This document shows, in pieces, positions 43,305 to 54,383 of a stretch of 64,000 nucleotides of DNA; position 1 is the stretch's first letter; each line of letters starts with the position of its first letter. The position numbers and the translations under genes are program-made. A model generated the notes under the pieces. The model searched no databases. It was not told where the DNA came from and was given only the letters and a program-made list of their open reading frames with translations. Location of the stretch: the NCBI GenBank assembly GCA_965262715.1, contig OZ253553.1, forward strand, positions 2,112,001 to 2,176,000, read 5' to 3'. Source of the stretch: Bdellovibrionales bacterium (GTDB taxonomy: Bacteria > Bdellovibrionota > Bdellovibrionia > Bdellovibrionales > JAUICD01).

Positions 43305-43708
43305 TAGATACATATAGTCTTATTATAGTCGACTTTTACACATCACGACAAATAGATATTATTATAAAAATATAATCCTTGACCACAAGTATTGAGTTTA
43401 TTTGTTTAATTAACCTTGATCTCAACTTATATACAGACAAAAGAATAGTACGAAAATGCTAAGATTATTAAACCTTATCTCAAAAATACTTTCAACATCT
43501 ACATTTTAAGACAGATTCTTCACCAAAAATTGCAAGAATAGATTGATATAAATTGTATCTTAGAACTTTATTACTGAAATTATACAGATTACGATAAGTA
43601 TATAATCTGGTTACATACTTGCCATTTTGATTTATTAGCTCTCTATGATCTAAAAATAGTTAATCTTCAATATCAAACGACATAGAGTTTGTAAAATATA
43701 AGATTCAT

Positions 43709-45838
43709 TTAATTATTATTATAACTTTCCAAAATGGTATTAGGGTAGAAATATGAAAGAATATCTTGGGAGTTCCATGGAGTATTAATATCATTAGGAA
43801 CAATAGCACCTTGTGAAGGGCTATTGCTATTGTCATTCCACCCATTACGAGCTAAAGTATAACTAGCAATCTGAGGCATCCCGTATCCATGACCACCACC
43901 GTTAACATACTCATCGCAAGATACATGACTAGGAATTGTCCTAACAGCTGACACAGAGCTAGCAAAGTTCTTGACTGTTCTATCCTCTACACAAGCATGA
44001 TATTGTGTATATGCTGGTTGCCCTCTGTATGTTAAAACTAAACCTAAAGTTTCTGCAACAGCTTCCTCAAAGCGAGGATGCTGTCTTCCTATCCCTGGAT
44101 AGTATTGAAATCTAGTTGTCGGACCAACATCCCAAACACGGTTAAACATACGTGCTCGTCTTGCTCGATTGAAGCCAAAGGAACGGGCAAGAGTTGCCTG
44201 TGCTTTTAATGCCTCTATAGGACTATCTCCACTTCTAGCCTCTTCAGAAACTACAGACACAACATATTGCTCTACAGGAATGTCATTGATCAAACTCCAT
44301 TCCATAATAGCGTCATCTATATCATCCTCATCCATATTATTATCATTTGTTCTTCGAGCCATTCTCATATAAAAACCACCTAGATAATCACGATCCACCT
44401 TAATATTTGGATATCCCCATCTAACACGAGTTGGCTGCCCTGAATCCTCAACATGAATTTGGATATACCCTGATAAACTTAAAGCATCCCCATGCACCAA
44501 ATTACCTAAAGTATAACTTTCCCATTGCGCACTTTCATTCTGTCTGTACTTAATTTGATTTTCTACGCAATCAGGTTCATTAGGACAATTGATATTCATC
44601 TCAATCTCTTGAACACCCTCAACCAAAAGTATCCCTTCTGTTGACCCAACTTCGTAAATTTCTATTCTAAACCCTTGAGGATGAGACAGAGATAAATATT
44701 GTTGATCTTGCTCAGTCGTTCTAGAATAAGCAGGATCTCCTACCGCCAAAGGAAAGAGCTTTACTTTGAATGTGGATTTATCCTCCATAACAAAATTATC
44801 AATAGCATCTCTAAACTCCCCTGCACCAGCTGAATAATTAGCTCTTCTCGTTCTTACTCTTCTTCTCGATCTTCTTGCGTTTCTTGGTGCTTCTGATAGT
44901 CTTATCCTTCTTGTTTCTGCTACTTCAACACTAGGAGTTAGCACAGTGTAACCTTCACAGCCCATCTTAGAAGGAAAAGAACATAGAGCATTTCGAATAA
45001 AATTCTCCCTCTCTATAGGATCCCTTATTAAACATGGATTTCGAAAAGACATTGTATAATTATTAGCTTTATGACAACGTTCTAATTGGTCTCTATGTGA
45101 AATAGCTAAGGCAAGCTGCTCTAAATCACGAGGAAAAGTAGTAAACCATCCCAAACGCTCTTCCATATAAGGATAGATAGCACCATTTCTTGCTAGATCC
45201 CTCTCTCTATGAGTGAGCAAAGCCCACTCTTCAAGAAAGATTTGCGTTCTAATTGTGTCGTATTCACGACTACGTCAATCTATCCCTTCAATTGCTTCTG
45301 CTGTTCTGGCTTCTATACGAGCTTTGAGCTGTTCATCTAACCTTCTATACATCTCTCTTCTGTTATCATCTATCTCTTCAATGATCCTAATAGGTTCATG
45401 AAACATAGGGTCTATTAACGCCATTTCTTCTGGTGAAAATCTCACCTCAATATCTGTAGATGAAATAGTAGGGTCATATCTATAATAGTCTTTATTTCTA
45501 TCACGAACATTACGTTCTCTTGCACTTTCTCTCTCATAAAAGATCTGATAGGGATGATAGCCATGCCTAGTACCTCCTCCTATCCATGCCACAGCAGCAT
45601 CATTAAGCTTTGATTTCAAATCATTATCTTTTTTAGCTGTCACCTCAACATTTACATTTTCCCAATTTGCCTCAGGGTTCAACCAACGTTCTTCTATAAA
45701 AGTTTTCAGTTTTTGATTCATCTCACGTTCTAGCTCCAACTGCTCTTCATCCCCACTACCAAACCAGCCTTGTGCATAAACTTTAACAGACACTATCTGT
45801 AACTGTAATAATAAAACCAAACAGAAAACCCTTAACAT
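43709..45838 (-). pseudogene. Secreted SpoIID/LytB-domain gene interrupted by one in-frame TGA (45275-45277)
   Basis: Two track ORFs share a frame; EALKAQATLARS and GHGYGMPQ motifs; signal peptide only in upstream part. Confidence 0.7.
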
Positions 45839-46145
45839 AAATACCTCTCTTTGTTTAAAATGTACTTTTTAAAAAATTTTTATAATTGTACAAGATAGTA
45901 GGTTTTTAACAACGCGAGCTATATTCAACTGGAAAAATTCAGACATACTAACTTAATACTAAATAAAAAAACACACCTAGGAACTCTTGTCAAAAAATAA
46001 CACTATGTCAAAAATTAGAGAAAACTTAAACTGAACTGATTTCCAGATAACCGGGTTGCTGGTTTCCCGAAATATCAGAGATTAAAAACCGGAGCAATTT
46101 AGAAGCGATCTCAAAAATAAGTTTTGCATTTTAAAATATTTGAGA

Positions 46146-46300
46146 TAGAGTTATGGCAGGTTTCTGGAATAGGCCTAGGCCAGTGTCTTAGGAGACAAGG
46201 ATTTTATAAAGTACTTTATTCTATAATAAGTTTTTAAAATAACAGAAGTACAAGGCACGGGGGTTGCCTGTTGCCTATGGAAATACCTGCCATAACTCTA
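46146..46300. mobile_element. MITE family E
   Basis: Perfect 16-bp IR TAGAGTTATGGCAGGT / ACCTGCCATAACTCTA. Confidence 0.75.
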
Positions 46301-46344
46301 TGGTCTTACATTAATACAAGGTCAGTTAATAAGCAGTTATGAGC

Positions 46345-46815
46345 CTACATTAAAAAGGTATCAAGTATAAGACCTATTAACTCAGCAGCTTCATCAGCAA
46401 TTCCTGGACACTTACTCTCACGAGGTCCTGCAACATTTAAAATCTTAATATCAGATGTTTTAATCCATGCACAAATTGTAGGCACATTAACATCTTTTTT
46501 AAGATCAACAACCATATAAGGTTTTGATAATTTATAAGCCCAATCAATAGTTTCCTTTGTTCCTCCAAAAGGTGCTTCACGAGTTATAATCAATGTGCCA
46601 TCAGAGTCCTCAACATTTTGACGTGTCCGATCAAGATAATTCTTTGTTGGCATTTCCTTTAAAAGATAGTGTGTGGGAATAAGGCCGTCTTCAGCACGTC
46701 TTCCAGCTGGACACCATCCTCCACATAGAAACTTATATTTTAAAGCAGCATCCAGCGCACCACGATCAACACCTGTCTGCCCTCCAGAAATAATCCTTGT
46801 CAACATAACTCTCAC
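46345..46815 (-). CDS. SLOG-family putative molybdenum carrier protein
   Basis: IISGGQTGVDRGALD, RTRQNVEDSDGT, LNVAGPRES. Confidence 0.88.
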   Translation of the reverse strand: MRVMLTRIISGGQTGVDRGALDAALKYKFLCGGWCPAGRRAEDGLIPTHYLLKEMPTKNYLDRTRQNVEDSDGTLIITREAPFGGTKETIDWAYKLSKPYMVVDLKKDVNVPTICAWIKTSDIKILNVAGPRESKCPGIADEAAELIGLILDTFLM

Positions 46816-47006
46816 CTACTTTTATCTACAGGTTATTCAAAGAAAATTGCATCTTATTAAAATATATATGTCTTTCCTACCATTATAAATGACTTTAACA
46901 ACTATATTTTACTACAACGAAACATATGAATAAGATAAATATGTTTTTTATGCACATTATTTCTTTGCATAATCTCAGTAAATAAAGCAAAACTTCCTAA
47001 AAAGGA

Positions 47007-48011
47007 ATGCCTACTATGTATTTAAAGAAATTTTTATATGCATCATGTATTTTTTATATAGTAGCAGGTTTATTTAACCTTCAATTGGTATTTGCCTATA
47101 CAAAATATTGTAGTTTTTCTAATTTAGAAATAGAAGGTGTCGAAGTAGCTCTGATTGGTGATAGAAAGATATACACTTTGTTTACAGGGCACTTGCTTGC
47201 AGAACATATAGAACCTCTTAATATTATTGGATCTCATGGACCAGAAGAGGCTATACCTCTCTTCAATCAATTGCTTGAAGAATATCAAGAAATAATCGCA
47301 TCTGAACAATCTGATGCTCAAAAAATAATAGAACTAGCTCAATCTGAAAAGATCGATTGGATTGGTATTGAAGATTACAATAGATACGCTTCTTATGCTG
47401 ATAGAGATGTAAATGATAATTATTTAAATGATCAATACTTGCTTCAAAAGACAGTACGTTATTTAAGTTTTAGAGATTTTATTAGCCCACTCAATCATTT
47501 ACCTGGTTGGAATTCAAATAAAACAACTCAGTTACTATTTCTTATTTTTCCTGCTCAGGCTATTATTCGCGCAAATCATCCAGAAGTTTTTCGTAGGGTG
47601 AAAACATATCCGTTAGAAAATCAGAGTTTAAAAACTGAAACAATGAGCAGAGCAAACAACGTCTTTTATTGGGATAGATTTATTCTTGAAGACACTCGCA
47701 TCACATCTTATGAATATTCACAAGTTTGGTCTTTTATAAAAAAAGCCCATCCTCTAAATCCAATCTCAAATGAAAGCCTTGATGCTCTTCTCAATATGCT
47801 TGAAATTAGAAGAGATGCTCGAGAAAATATGAGAAATTCTATAAAAGCATATAATGATTTTATATCACTCATTCCACAACGTGGCGCAAGAGTTGTTCAA
47901 TCTGTTCTCAACTTACCTGGCAATGGACTTATAACTTTTGGAGCATTCCACGGACCTGGTGTTAAGCGAGGCTTAATAACTGCTTGTCGAAATGGAAATG
48001 GTTCACCATAA
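47007..48011 (+). CDS. Secreted hypothetical protein (paralog of 29 kb gene)
   Basis: IYTLFTGH, IDWIGIE, WNSNKT, GNGL..FG..H. Confidence 0.7.
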   Translation: MPTMYLKKFLYASCIFYIVAGLFNLQLVFAYTKYCSFSNLEIEGVEVALIGDRKIYTLFTGHLLAEHIEPLNIIGSHGPEEAIPLFNQLLEEYQEIIASEQSDAQKIIELAQSEKIDWIGIEDYNRYASYADRDVNDNYLNDQYLLQKTVRYLSFRDFISPLNHLPGWNSNKTTQLLFLIFPAQAIIRANHPEVFRRVKTYPLENQSLKTETMSRANNVFYWDRFILEDTRITSYEYSQVWSFIKKAHPLNPISNESLDALLNMLEIRRDARENMRNSIKAYNDFISLIPQRGARVVQSVLNLPGNGLITFGAFHGPGVKRGLITACRNGNGSP

Positions 48012-48137
48012 CTCTCATGCATGTTTGTGCAACAAAGTCGACTCTGATTGCAATATACCAACCTACTCGACTGCCTGATTATTGAAAGAAGAAGACTTAA
48101 CTCATCTGAACTTTTAACATTATTTGTAAGATGGCTT

Positions 48138-48875
48138 CTAAAAAGCCCAACCTACACCTACAAGCGCGTAAAAAGAGCTTAAAACCAATTTAACATCGTC
48201 AGTCTTTATTGTATCATTTTGACATATAACACTCTCTTCTCCTAAATTACTTGAACAATTAAAGCCAGGACTGAAAGAAGATAGATCATATCCAACCTCT
48301 CCCTTAACAAACAAACCAGGAGGTATTTTTATACCTGCTTCTATACCTGCCATACCACTTGTCCTGATAAATTGCTTATGAGTTATTTCAACTTCTTCAC
48401 TAACCCCTTGATCCTCAAAAGAAGCCTTAATATTCAAAGACCTCCAAATGTCTAAAGCCAAAAGTGCTCCTAGAAAAAAAATCTTTGTATTGATAACTCT
48501 ATAACGTCCTATTAAAGATATTCTATGACCACTCATTTTAAGTTTATTCATACCCTCTACATCATAATCTTTTTCTGGTAAAAAAGAATATTGATATCTC
48601 ACACCTATACCAAACTTAGAAAGAGCAAGTGGAGGGCTAAGAAACACATCTCCTCCAATAATCAATGGCCCTTCATTTTTACTTTTCCAATGGTCCTCAT
48701 TACCAGCATTGAATTTTGTCAGATCAAGATCGCTTTTAAACTTAAGAGCAAAATGACCTGAAACATCAAGAGCTATAGCTCCATAAGCCGATAGAGGAAA
48801 AATAGTTATAACTACAATTATGTAAAACATATTCAACCATTTTCTTAAATAAAGTTTAAAATTAAACATAAACAT
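48138..48875 (-). CDS. Outer-membrane beta-barrel protein
   Basis: Signal peptide; alternating strands; C-terminal GVGWAF. Confidence 0.7.
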   Translation of the reverse strand: MFMFNFKLYLRKWLNMFYIIVVITIFPLSAYGAIALDVSGHFALKFKSDLDLTKFNAGNEDHWKSKNEGPLIIGGDVFLSPPLALSKFGIGVRYQYSFLPEKDYDVEGMNKLKMSGHRISLIGRYRVINTKIFFLGALLALDIWRSLNIKASFEDQGVSEEVEITHKQFIRTSGMAGIEAGIKIPPGLFVKGEVGYDLSSFSPGFNCSSNLGEESVICQNDTIKTDDVKLVLSSFYALVGVGWAF

Positions 48876-48889
48876 TCCCCCTGATCAAT

Positions 48890-49630
48890 TTAGTTTCTAG
48901 GTCCAAAAAGACACTCTCCTAATCTTACTATAGTAGCTCCCTCTTCTATAGCTACTATAAAATCTTGTGAAGTTCCCATAGAAAGTTGTTTGAAGTCCTC
49001 CCCTAAAAATGAAAACTGCTTCTTAAAACGATTTAATAAACTTTTGAGCTCCTGAAAATATACTTTAGAATCTTCTGCATTTTGAGTCAATGGTGGTAAT
49101 ATCATCAGCCCTTTACATTTTAAATGCCCATATCCTTGATGTTCACATTCTTCTAAAAAAGTAAATACACTCTCTAACTGATCAACAGTAAAGCCTTGCT
49201 TTGAAGTTTCATGAGAAAGGTTCACTTGTAAAAGAATATCTTGAGTTACACATTTTTTCTGAGCTATTTGATGGCCTTGCTTTAAATGCTTAAAACTACT
49301 CATTGAATGAACAAGATAAACATTTCCTATAACAAATTTTAACTTATTAGGCTGCAATGAGCCAATAAAATGCCATTTTAAATGAGGAAAATACTTTTGA
49401 CGTTCCATAAGCTCTTGAGCGTAATTTTCACCAAAGTGTTTATGCTCGTCATTAGATGTAATTTCCTTCAATTTATTTAAAGGCTGTTTTTTTGAAACAG
49501 CTAAAAGTAAAACAGACTTTGGGTCTCTGCCAACCTGTTTACAAGTCAATTCAATCTGTTTTCTTAAACTTGTAAGGTTTTTCTTAATATCAGATATGAT
49601 ATCTTTCATACATTCTTTCTCCTTACACAA
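48890..49630 (-). CDS. yggS: PLP homeostasis protein
   Basis: AVSK, FGENY, WHFIG.LQ, LSMGTS, VRLG. Confidence 0.93.
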   Translation of the reverse strand: MCKEKECMKDIISDIKKNLTSLRKQIELTCKQVGRDPKSVLLLAVSKKQPLNKLKEITSNDEHKHFGENYAQELMERQKYFPHLKWHFIGSLQPNKLKFVIGNVYLVHSMSSFKHLKQGHQIAQKKCVTQDILLQVNLSHETSKQGFTVDQLESVFTFLEECEHQGYGHLKCKGLMILPPLTQNAEDSKVYFQELKSLLNRFKKQFSFLGEDFKQLSMGTSQDFIVAIEEGATIVRLGECLFGPRN

Positions 49631-49853
49631 ATTAACTAGAAGTCATTTTAAAAATAAATTTTTGTATTTGAAAATATAATAGACCTGAATCCATCGCCCT
49701 TCACTATTATCTTATTTTATTCTAGAAATCTGGCAAGCCGACAAATATACAAGTTCATCTGTTAAGCAAAAAATTGCAGTTTTTAGAAAAAGTAAGATAA
49801 AGATACATATATTTCGATCTGTTTGTAGGCAATATTGGACATTAGAGCTTGTT

Positions 49854-50477
49854 TTATGAATAAAGTATTCTTTCTACGTTCCAATTATTCTCCTTTAAAA
49901 GTCTTTCTAATAAATTCCGAGGAAGCCCCATCACATTATTCACCGAACCCTCAATATGATCAATAAAACTATCTTTTACAGACTGAATGCCATAAGCTCC
50001 AGCTTTATCCAGACAGTCATCTGTCTTTACATAAGAGACAATATCCTCTAAAGAAAGGGGCTTAAAGTGTACTTTTGTTGTTTCAATTCCAGTAACAACT
50101 CTGTCTAAATGATCCCAGAGACAAAGACCTGTTTTAACTTCATGCATACATCCTGAAAGCCTTTTTAAAAAATCAATAGCTTCCTTTTTCGATCTTGGCT
50201 TGCCTAAAGTACAGTTTTGAAGCACGACCAAAGTATCGGCTGATAGTAAAAGGTAATTATGTCGATTTTTGAGATAACCGCTATCTTTAAGAGCCTTTGA
50301 CTTTTGTCTAGCTATATCCTGAATTGCAAGGTCTAAACTCATGTTTTTGCTTAATTTTTCCGATATTTCTACAGGGCATGTACAAAATTCAAATCCCCAT
50401 TTATTTAAAAATTTTATTCGTCGAGGTGACTGAGATACCAAAATAAGATGAAGGTGATTGGACATTAATTTAGACAT
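49854..50477 (-). CDS. maf: Maf nucleotide pyrophosphatase
   Basis: SQSPRR, ADT, GKP, DKAGAYGIQ, GLP. Confidence 0.93.
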   Translation of the reverse strand: MSKLMSNHLHLILVSQSPRRIKFLNKWGFEFCTCPVEISEKLSKNMSLDLAIQDIARQKSKALKDSGYLKNRHNYLLLSADTLVVLQNCTLGKPRSKKEAIDFLKRLSGCMHEVKTGLCLWDHLDRVVTGIETTKVHFKPLSLEDIVSYVKTDDCLDKAGAYGIQSVKDSFIDHIEGSVNNVMGLPRNLLERLLKENNWNVERILYS

Positions 50478-50507
50478 AGTACCTTACATACCATATAGGA
50501 GTTTGAA

Positions 50508-51410
50508 ATGGGAGAGATAATGCTAATAGGTGCCTTACTTCTTGTAGGCACTAGCGTTTACCTTATTGTGCATCTTTTTTTAAGTGCAAATGACGATGTC
50601 CCTGTTATGTCATGGGACTCGGATGATGACAATCCCAATAAATCCAAATCTAAGTTTATTGAAGTATCCCGCAACCTCGTGCATCGATTCTGTATGAAGT
50701 TTGCAATTAAAGTAAAGTTTCCAGGATACAGAAAAAAAGTAAAGCAAAAAATCACTACAGCAAGGTTATCTTCTGAAATTACTGTCGATGAATTTATAGG
50801 AATGCAAATCTTATGGGGCATCCTTTTTCCTTTGTTATTATTTTTATTTAACTTCACACTAGAAATGGGTTATAACCCTGTATTTATAATTATATGCGGA
50901 CTTGCTGGTAGTTATTTTCCTCATCTCTATGCCAATGCAGAAAAAAGTAAATGCTATACTTCAATTATAGCTGATCTGCCATTCTTTATTGATCTTTTAT
51001 CTCTCTCTACAAAAGCAGCAGGTATGGATTTTATCACAGCCATTCAAAGAGTGGTCGATAAGGCTGAACACTCGGTGTTTGCAGATGAGCTAGCCACTGT
51101 CTTAAAAGATATTAAAATTGGATCTTCGCGAAGGGATGCGCTAAAAGCTTTAGCAGATAGGTTAGATATACATGAAGTCACTAGCTTTGTTGTAATTGTC
51201 ATTGATGCAGAAGCAAGTGGTCAGAGTGTAGGAGATGTGCTTGCACAACAATCCATACAAATGAGACTAGAACGCCTCATGCGTGCAGAAAAAGCAGGAG
51301 CTAAGGCATCTCAACTTATACTCATTCCAATCATGCTATTTATACTGCCCGCTGTTCTCATTATGATTTTAGGACCCGTTATTTTAAGCTTTTTCTCTGG
51401 AGGACTCTAA
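50508..51410 (+). CDS. tadC: TadC-like T2SSF membrane platform protein
   Basis: LPFFIDLL, GSSRRDAL, AEKAGAKA...LIP. Confidence 0.85.
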   Translation: MGEIMLIGALLLVGTSVYLIVHLFLSANDDVPVMSWDSDDDNPNKSKSKFIEVSRNLVHRFCMKFAIKVKFPGYRKKVKQKITTARLSSEITVDEFIGMQILWGILFPLLLFLFNFTLEMGYNPVFIIICGLAGSYFPHLYANAEKSKCYTSIIADLPFFIDLLSLSTKAAGMDFITAIQRVVDKAEHSVFADELATVLKDIKIGSSRRDALKALADRLDIHEVTSFVVIVIDAEASGQSVGDVLAQQSIQMRLERLMRAEKAGAKASQLILIPIMLFILPAVLIMILGPVILSFFSGGL

Positions 51411-51763
51411 TGTTATCTCTTACACTTAAAAACTCTACTCGAAAAGAAGTCCTAGCAACTCATGTAGAAAAAGCCAATAGCCTATTTAGCAGAATGAAAG
51501 GACTCCTGGGAAGATCTGGCCTAGAGAACCATCGCACCCTCTGGATTTCAAACTGTAATAGCATCCACACTCTTTTTATGAAATTTTCTATTGATGTTAT
51601 TTTTGTCAATAAAGACCTCATTGTAAAAGCTGTATATAGAAATATTAAACCTGGCCGTTTTATTCTGCCTATTTGGGGGGCATCTTCTGTATTCGAATTT
51701 TCTTCAAAAGCACTCAAAAACAAAGCCATTGAAAAAGGAGATCAACTAGATGTGGGGCATTAA
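51410..51763 (+). CDS. DUF192 protein
   Basis: RMKGLLGR, SIHTLFMKFSIDVIF. Confidence 0.88.
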   Translation: MLSLTLKNSTRKEVLATHVEKANSLFSRMKGLLGRSGLENHRTLWISNCNSIHTLFMKFSIDVIFVNKDLIVKAVYRNIKPGRFILPIWGASSVFEFSSKALKNKAIEKGDQLDVGH

Positions 51764-53384
51764 GGTTGTACTTGGCCTAAAAACAAGTCAGGTTTATGAG
51801 CTAAAAGACGGCAAAAGTATAATAGGTCGACATGAATCTTGTAATATTCATATTTCTCATCCTGGCATATCAAGAAAACATTTCGAAATTTTACTTAGAG
51901 ATAACGAATTGATCTTAAGAGACCTTAATTCAATCAATGGAACATTCATAAATGGCGTTTTGATTAAACAACCAACTCTGCTCACTCCAGGGGATAGAAT
52001 TTCTTGCAATAACATTATTTTTGAATTTAACAAAATGGATTACTTACAACCTCTCCATAAAGAACCAAAAGTATCTCATATCAATCAATCACCTATGCTA
52101 CATCCAGAATCATTTCACGATGGATCATTGTTACCAGGAAACATTGATGGAAATTTAGCTCTTCAAAATCAACAACAAACACTCGCACTCACAGAAGAAA
52201 AATCGAAGAATATAAACGACCCTGTAGCTAATTCTCCATTTAAACCATTACAAGACTACTTTGAAAATGTAGTGATGCCAGGAGTGTATCAATTAGCCCA
52301 ATGGGGAGAGTTTAGGTGGGTCTTAGGAGGATTCATTCTTATCTACATTATTTTAATCACACTACTTTCTATTTTTCCCTTAATGCAAATCTCAAGAGAA
52401 AGAATTTTAAAAGAAAGCCAGCTGAGAGCTGTAGAAATTACAAAAAATCTCGCAAGAAACTATGGAAGTGCTATACGTCAAGGCTTATCTTCTACGTTTG
52501 TTGTTAAAGAAGAACGATTACCAGGCGTAGATACAGCAATGATCATTTCAGCAAATGATGGACATATTTTAGCTCCTGCTAGAAAAATTGGAGGCCATGC
52601 TGATCTACCATTCATTCACAAAGCTAGAGAACAAGACACCTTAGTTGTAGAAGAATTGCAAAATAATACAATAGGAGTCAGTGTTCCTATACGTACAATA
52701 AATCCTGAAACAGGAGATAGTGTTGTTACAGCTTTTTCTGTATTGATCTATAATGTAAGTCTTCTAAAAAACGAAGATGTTGTCAGATTAATTGTACAAG
52801 TTTTATCTTTTGCTTTTTTGATAGGACTTGCTTTATTCATTTTGCTGTATAAATTAATTGAATATCCTATACAAGAACTCAACGTACAAATAGATAAAGC
52901 GCTCAAATCAGGAGATAGCGAAATTGAAGTCAACTTTAGATATCCTGCAATCCAAAAACTCATTACAAATATCAAAAGCGCATTATCTCGTATCGCAGAA
53001 TCAGAAGATATAAACCCCTCTTCTCCAGAAGTTGGCGTAGAAGAAGAAGCTCAAAGTCTAATTCAACTTATAAAAACAGAGGGATTAATTTTAGACGCAA
53101 GTGGTACAATCATCGCCATAAACTCTCAATGTGACAATCTTATTGCAGAACATGAGACTTTATTAAACAAAAATATCTCTGATATCACAGATCAAGCCTT
53201 GCAACTCAATTTAAAAGATCTTTTTCAAAGAGCTATTTCCCAGCAAGGTCAAACAGTTGAAAATGAACTTGAGTTTTCTGGAGTTAATTACACTATTGAG
53301 GCAATGTGCGTCTTAAGTGGAAGCACTCCTAAATTTGCAATTGTTATTTTTTCTAATCAAGAAGGAGCAGGAGGAGATTTTTAA
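51750..53384 (+). CDS. FHA-domain membrane protein
   Basis: IGR...ISRKH...DLNSINGTF; two TMs. Confidence 0.85.
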   Translation: MWGIKVVLGLKTSQVYELKDGKSIIGRHESCNIHISHPGISRKHFEILLRDNELILRDLNSINGTFINGVLIKQPTLLTPGDRISCNNIIFEFNKMDYLQPLHKEPKVSHINQSPMLHPESFHDGSLLPGNIDGNLALQNQQQTLALTEEKSKNINDPVANSPFKPLQDYFENVVMPGVYQLAQWGEFRWVLGGFILIYIILITLLSIFPLMQISRERILKESQLRAVEITKNLARNYGSAIRQGLSSTFVVKEERLPGVDTAMIISANDGHILAPARKIGGHADLPFIHKAREQDTLVVEELQNNTIGVSVPIRTINPETGDSVVTAFSVLIYNVSLLKNEDVVRLIVQVLSFAFLIGLALFILLYKLIEYPIQELNVQIDKALKSGDSEIEVNFRYPAIQKLITNIKSALSRIAESEDINPSSPEVGVEEEAQSLIQLIKTEGLILDASGTIIAINSQCDNLIAEHETLLNKNISDITDQALQLNLKDLFQRAISQQGQTVENELEFSGVNYTIEAMCVLSGSTPKFAIVIFSNQEGAGGDF

Positions 53385-54367
53385 TGAATGATCTAAGTGC
53401 TTCTTTCTTTATTGAAATTATCAACGGCAAGAACAAAGGCAGCAGATTTCAAATTGTTTCTAAAAAAGTTTCTATCGGTCGATCAAAAAACAACGACATC
53501 GTTTTAGATGACCCTAAAGTGTCAAGAAATCATGCTGCTTTATACATCACACCAGAAGGATTGCAAGCTATTTGTCTTAATCCAGAAAGAAAAATTTTTG
53601 TAGGTAAGCAAGATGTAAAAAATGCAATTTTAGAATTACCATCAATCATTCTAATAGGAAATACAAAACTTAAAGCTACAATGACCAGTAATATGCCATC
53701 TCATCTACCTATACCAGTACCTCCAAGTAATCTACAAACAGGATCTTTACAAAATCTACAATCCAACACTCTACAAAATAACAATCAATTAATGACCTTT
53801 CAAAATGAAGTAAATCATTCAAGCTCCTCAAAAAAAATGAACTTTTACATCATTATTGGAATCGCGGGTTTGCTTATGTATTTCTTATTTTCGTCTAAAC
53901 CTAAAAAAGAAGAAGAAAAAGGTCTTGTTACTTCTGAACAACAAGAAAAGCAACTAGCCTCCATTCAAGAAAAAGTACAAGCTATTTATACTATAAGAAA
54001 CAACAAAGGTAGAAATACCAAACAATACAAAGAAGCAGAATCTCTATTTATACAAGGATTGAGAGATTATAGAGAACAAAATTATTTAAGAGCAATGAGT
54101 TACTTTAATGGAGCTTTAGCAATTTTTCCTCAACATGTGCTCTCACAACGTTATCTACAAAAATCAAGAACAAAACAAGATAAATTAATACAATTGAACC
54201 TGCTAGCCGCAAACAGGCATTACGAACATAAACAATATAGACAAGCGATGGCTAGCTATGGACAGATTTTACTTTTAGTACAAGACAGAACAAACAAAAT
54301 ATATCGAGAAGCTGCAGGGCGCAGAGAAGAGTGTGAAGCAATTATACAAAGCTATGTGTATAAATAG
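53384..54367 (+). CDS. FHA-TM-TPR-like protein
   Basis: IGRS...VSRNH; TM; helical C-terminus. Confidence 0.85.
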   Translation: MNDLSASFFIEIINGKNKGSRFQIVSKKVSIGRSKNNDIVLDDPKVSRNHAALYITPEGLQAICLNPERKIFVGKQDVKNAILELPSIILIGNTKLKATMTSNMPSHLPIPVPPSNLQTGSLQNLQSNTLQNNNQLMTFQNEVNHSSSSKKMNFYIIIGIAGLLMYFLFSSKPKKEEEKGLVTSEQQEKQLASIQEKVQAIYTIRNNKGRNTKQYKEAESLFIQGLRDYREQNYLRAMSYFNGALAIFPQHVLSQRYLQKSRTKQDKLIQLNLLAANRHYEHKQYRQAMASYGQILLLVQDRTNKIYREAAGRREECEAIIQSYVYK

Positions 54368-54383
54368 AAGACCGGAGATATAA

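Noticed and set aside
45275..45277. Selenocysteine or genome-wide TGA recoding
   Set aside because: Hairpin is too close and small for a typical bacterial SECIS; TGA ends conserved genes here (rpsN, rplE, secY)
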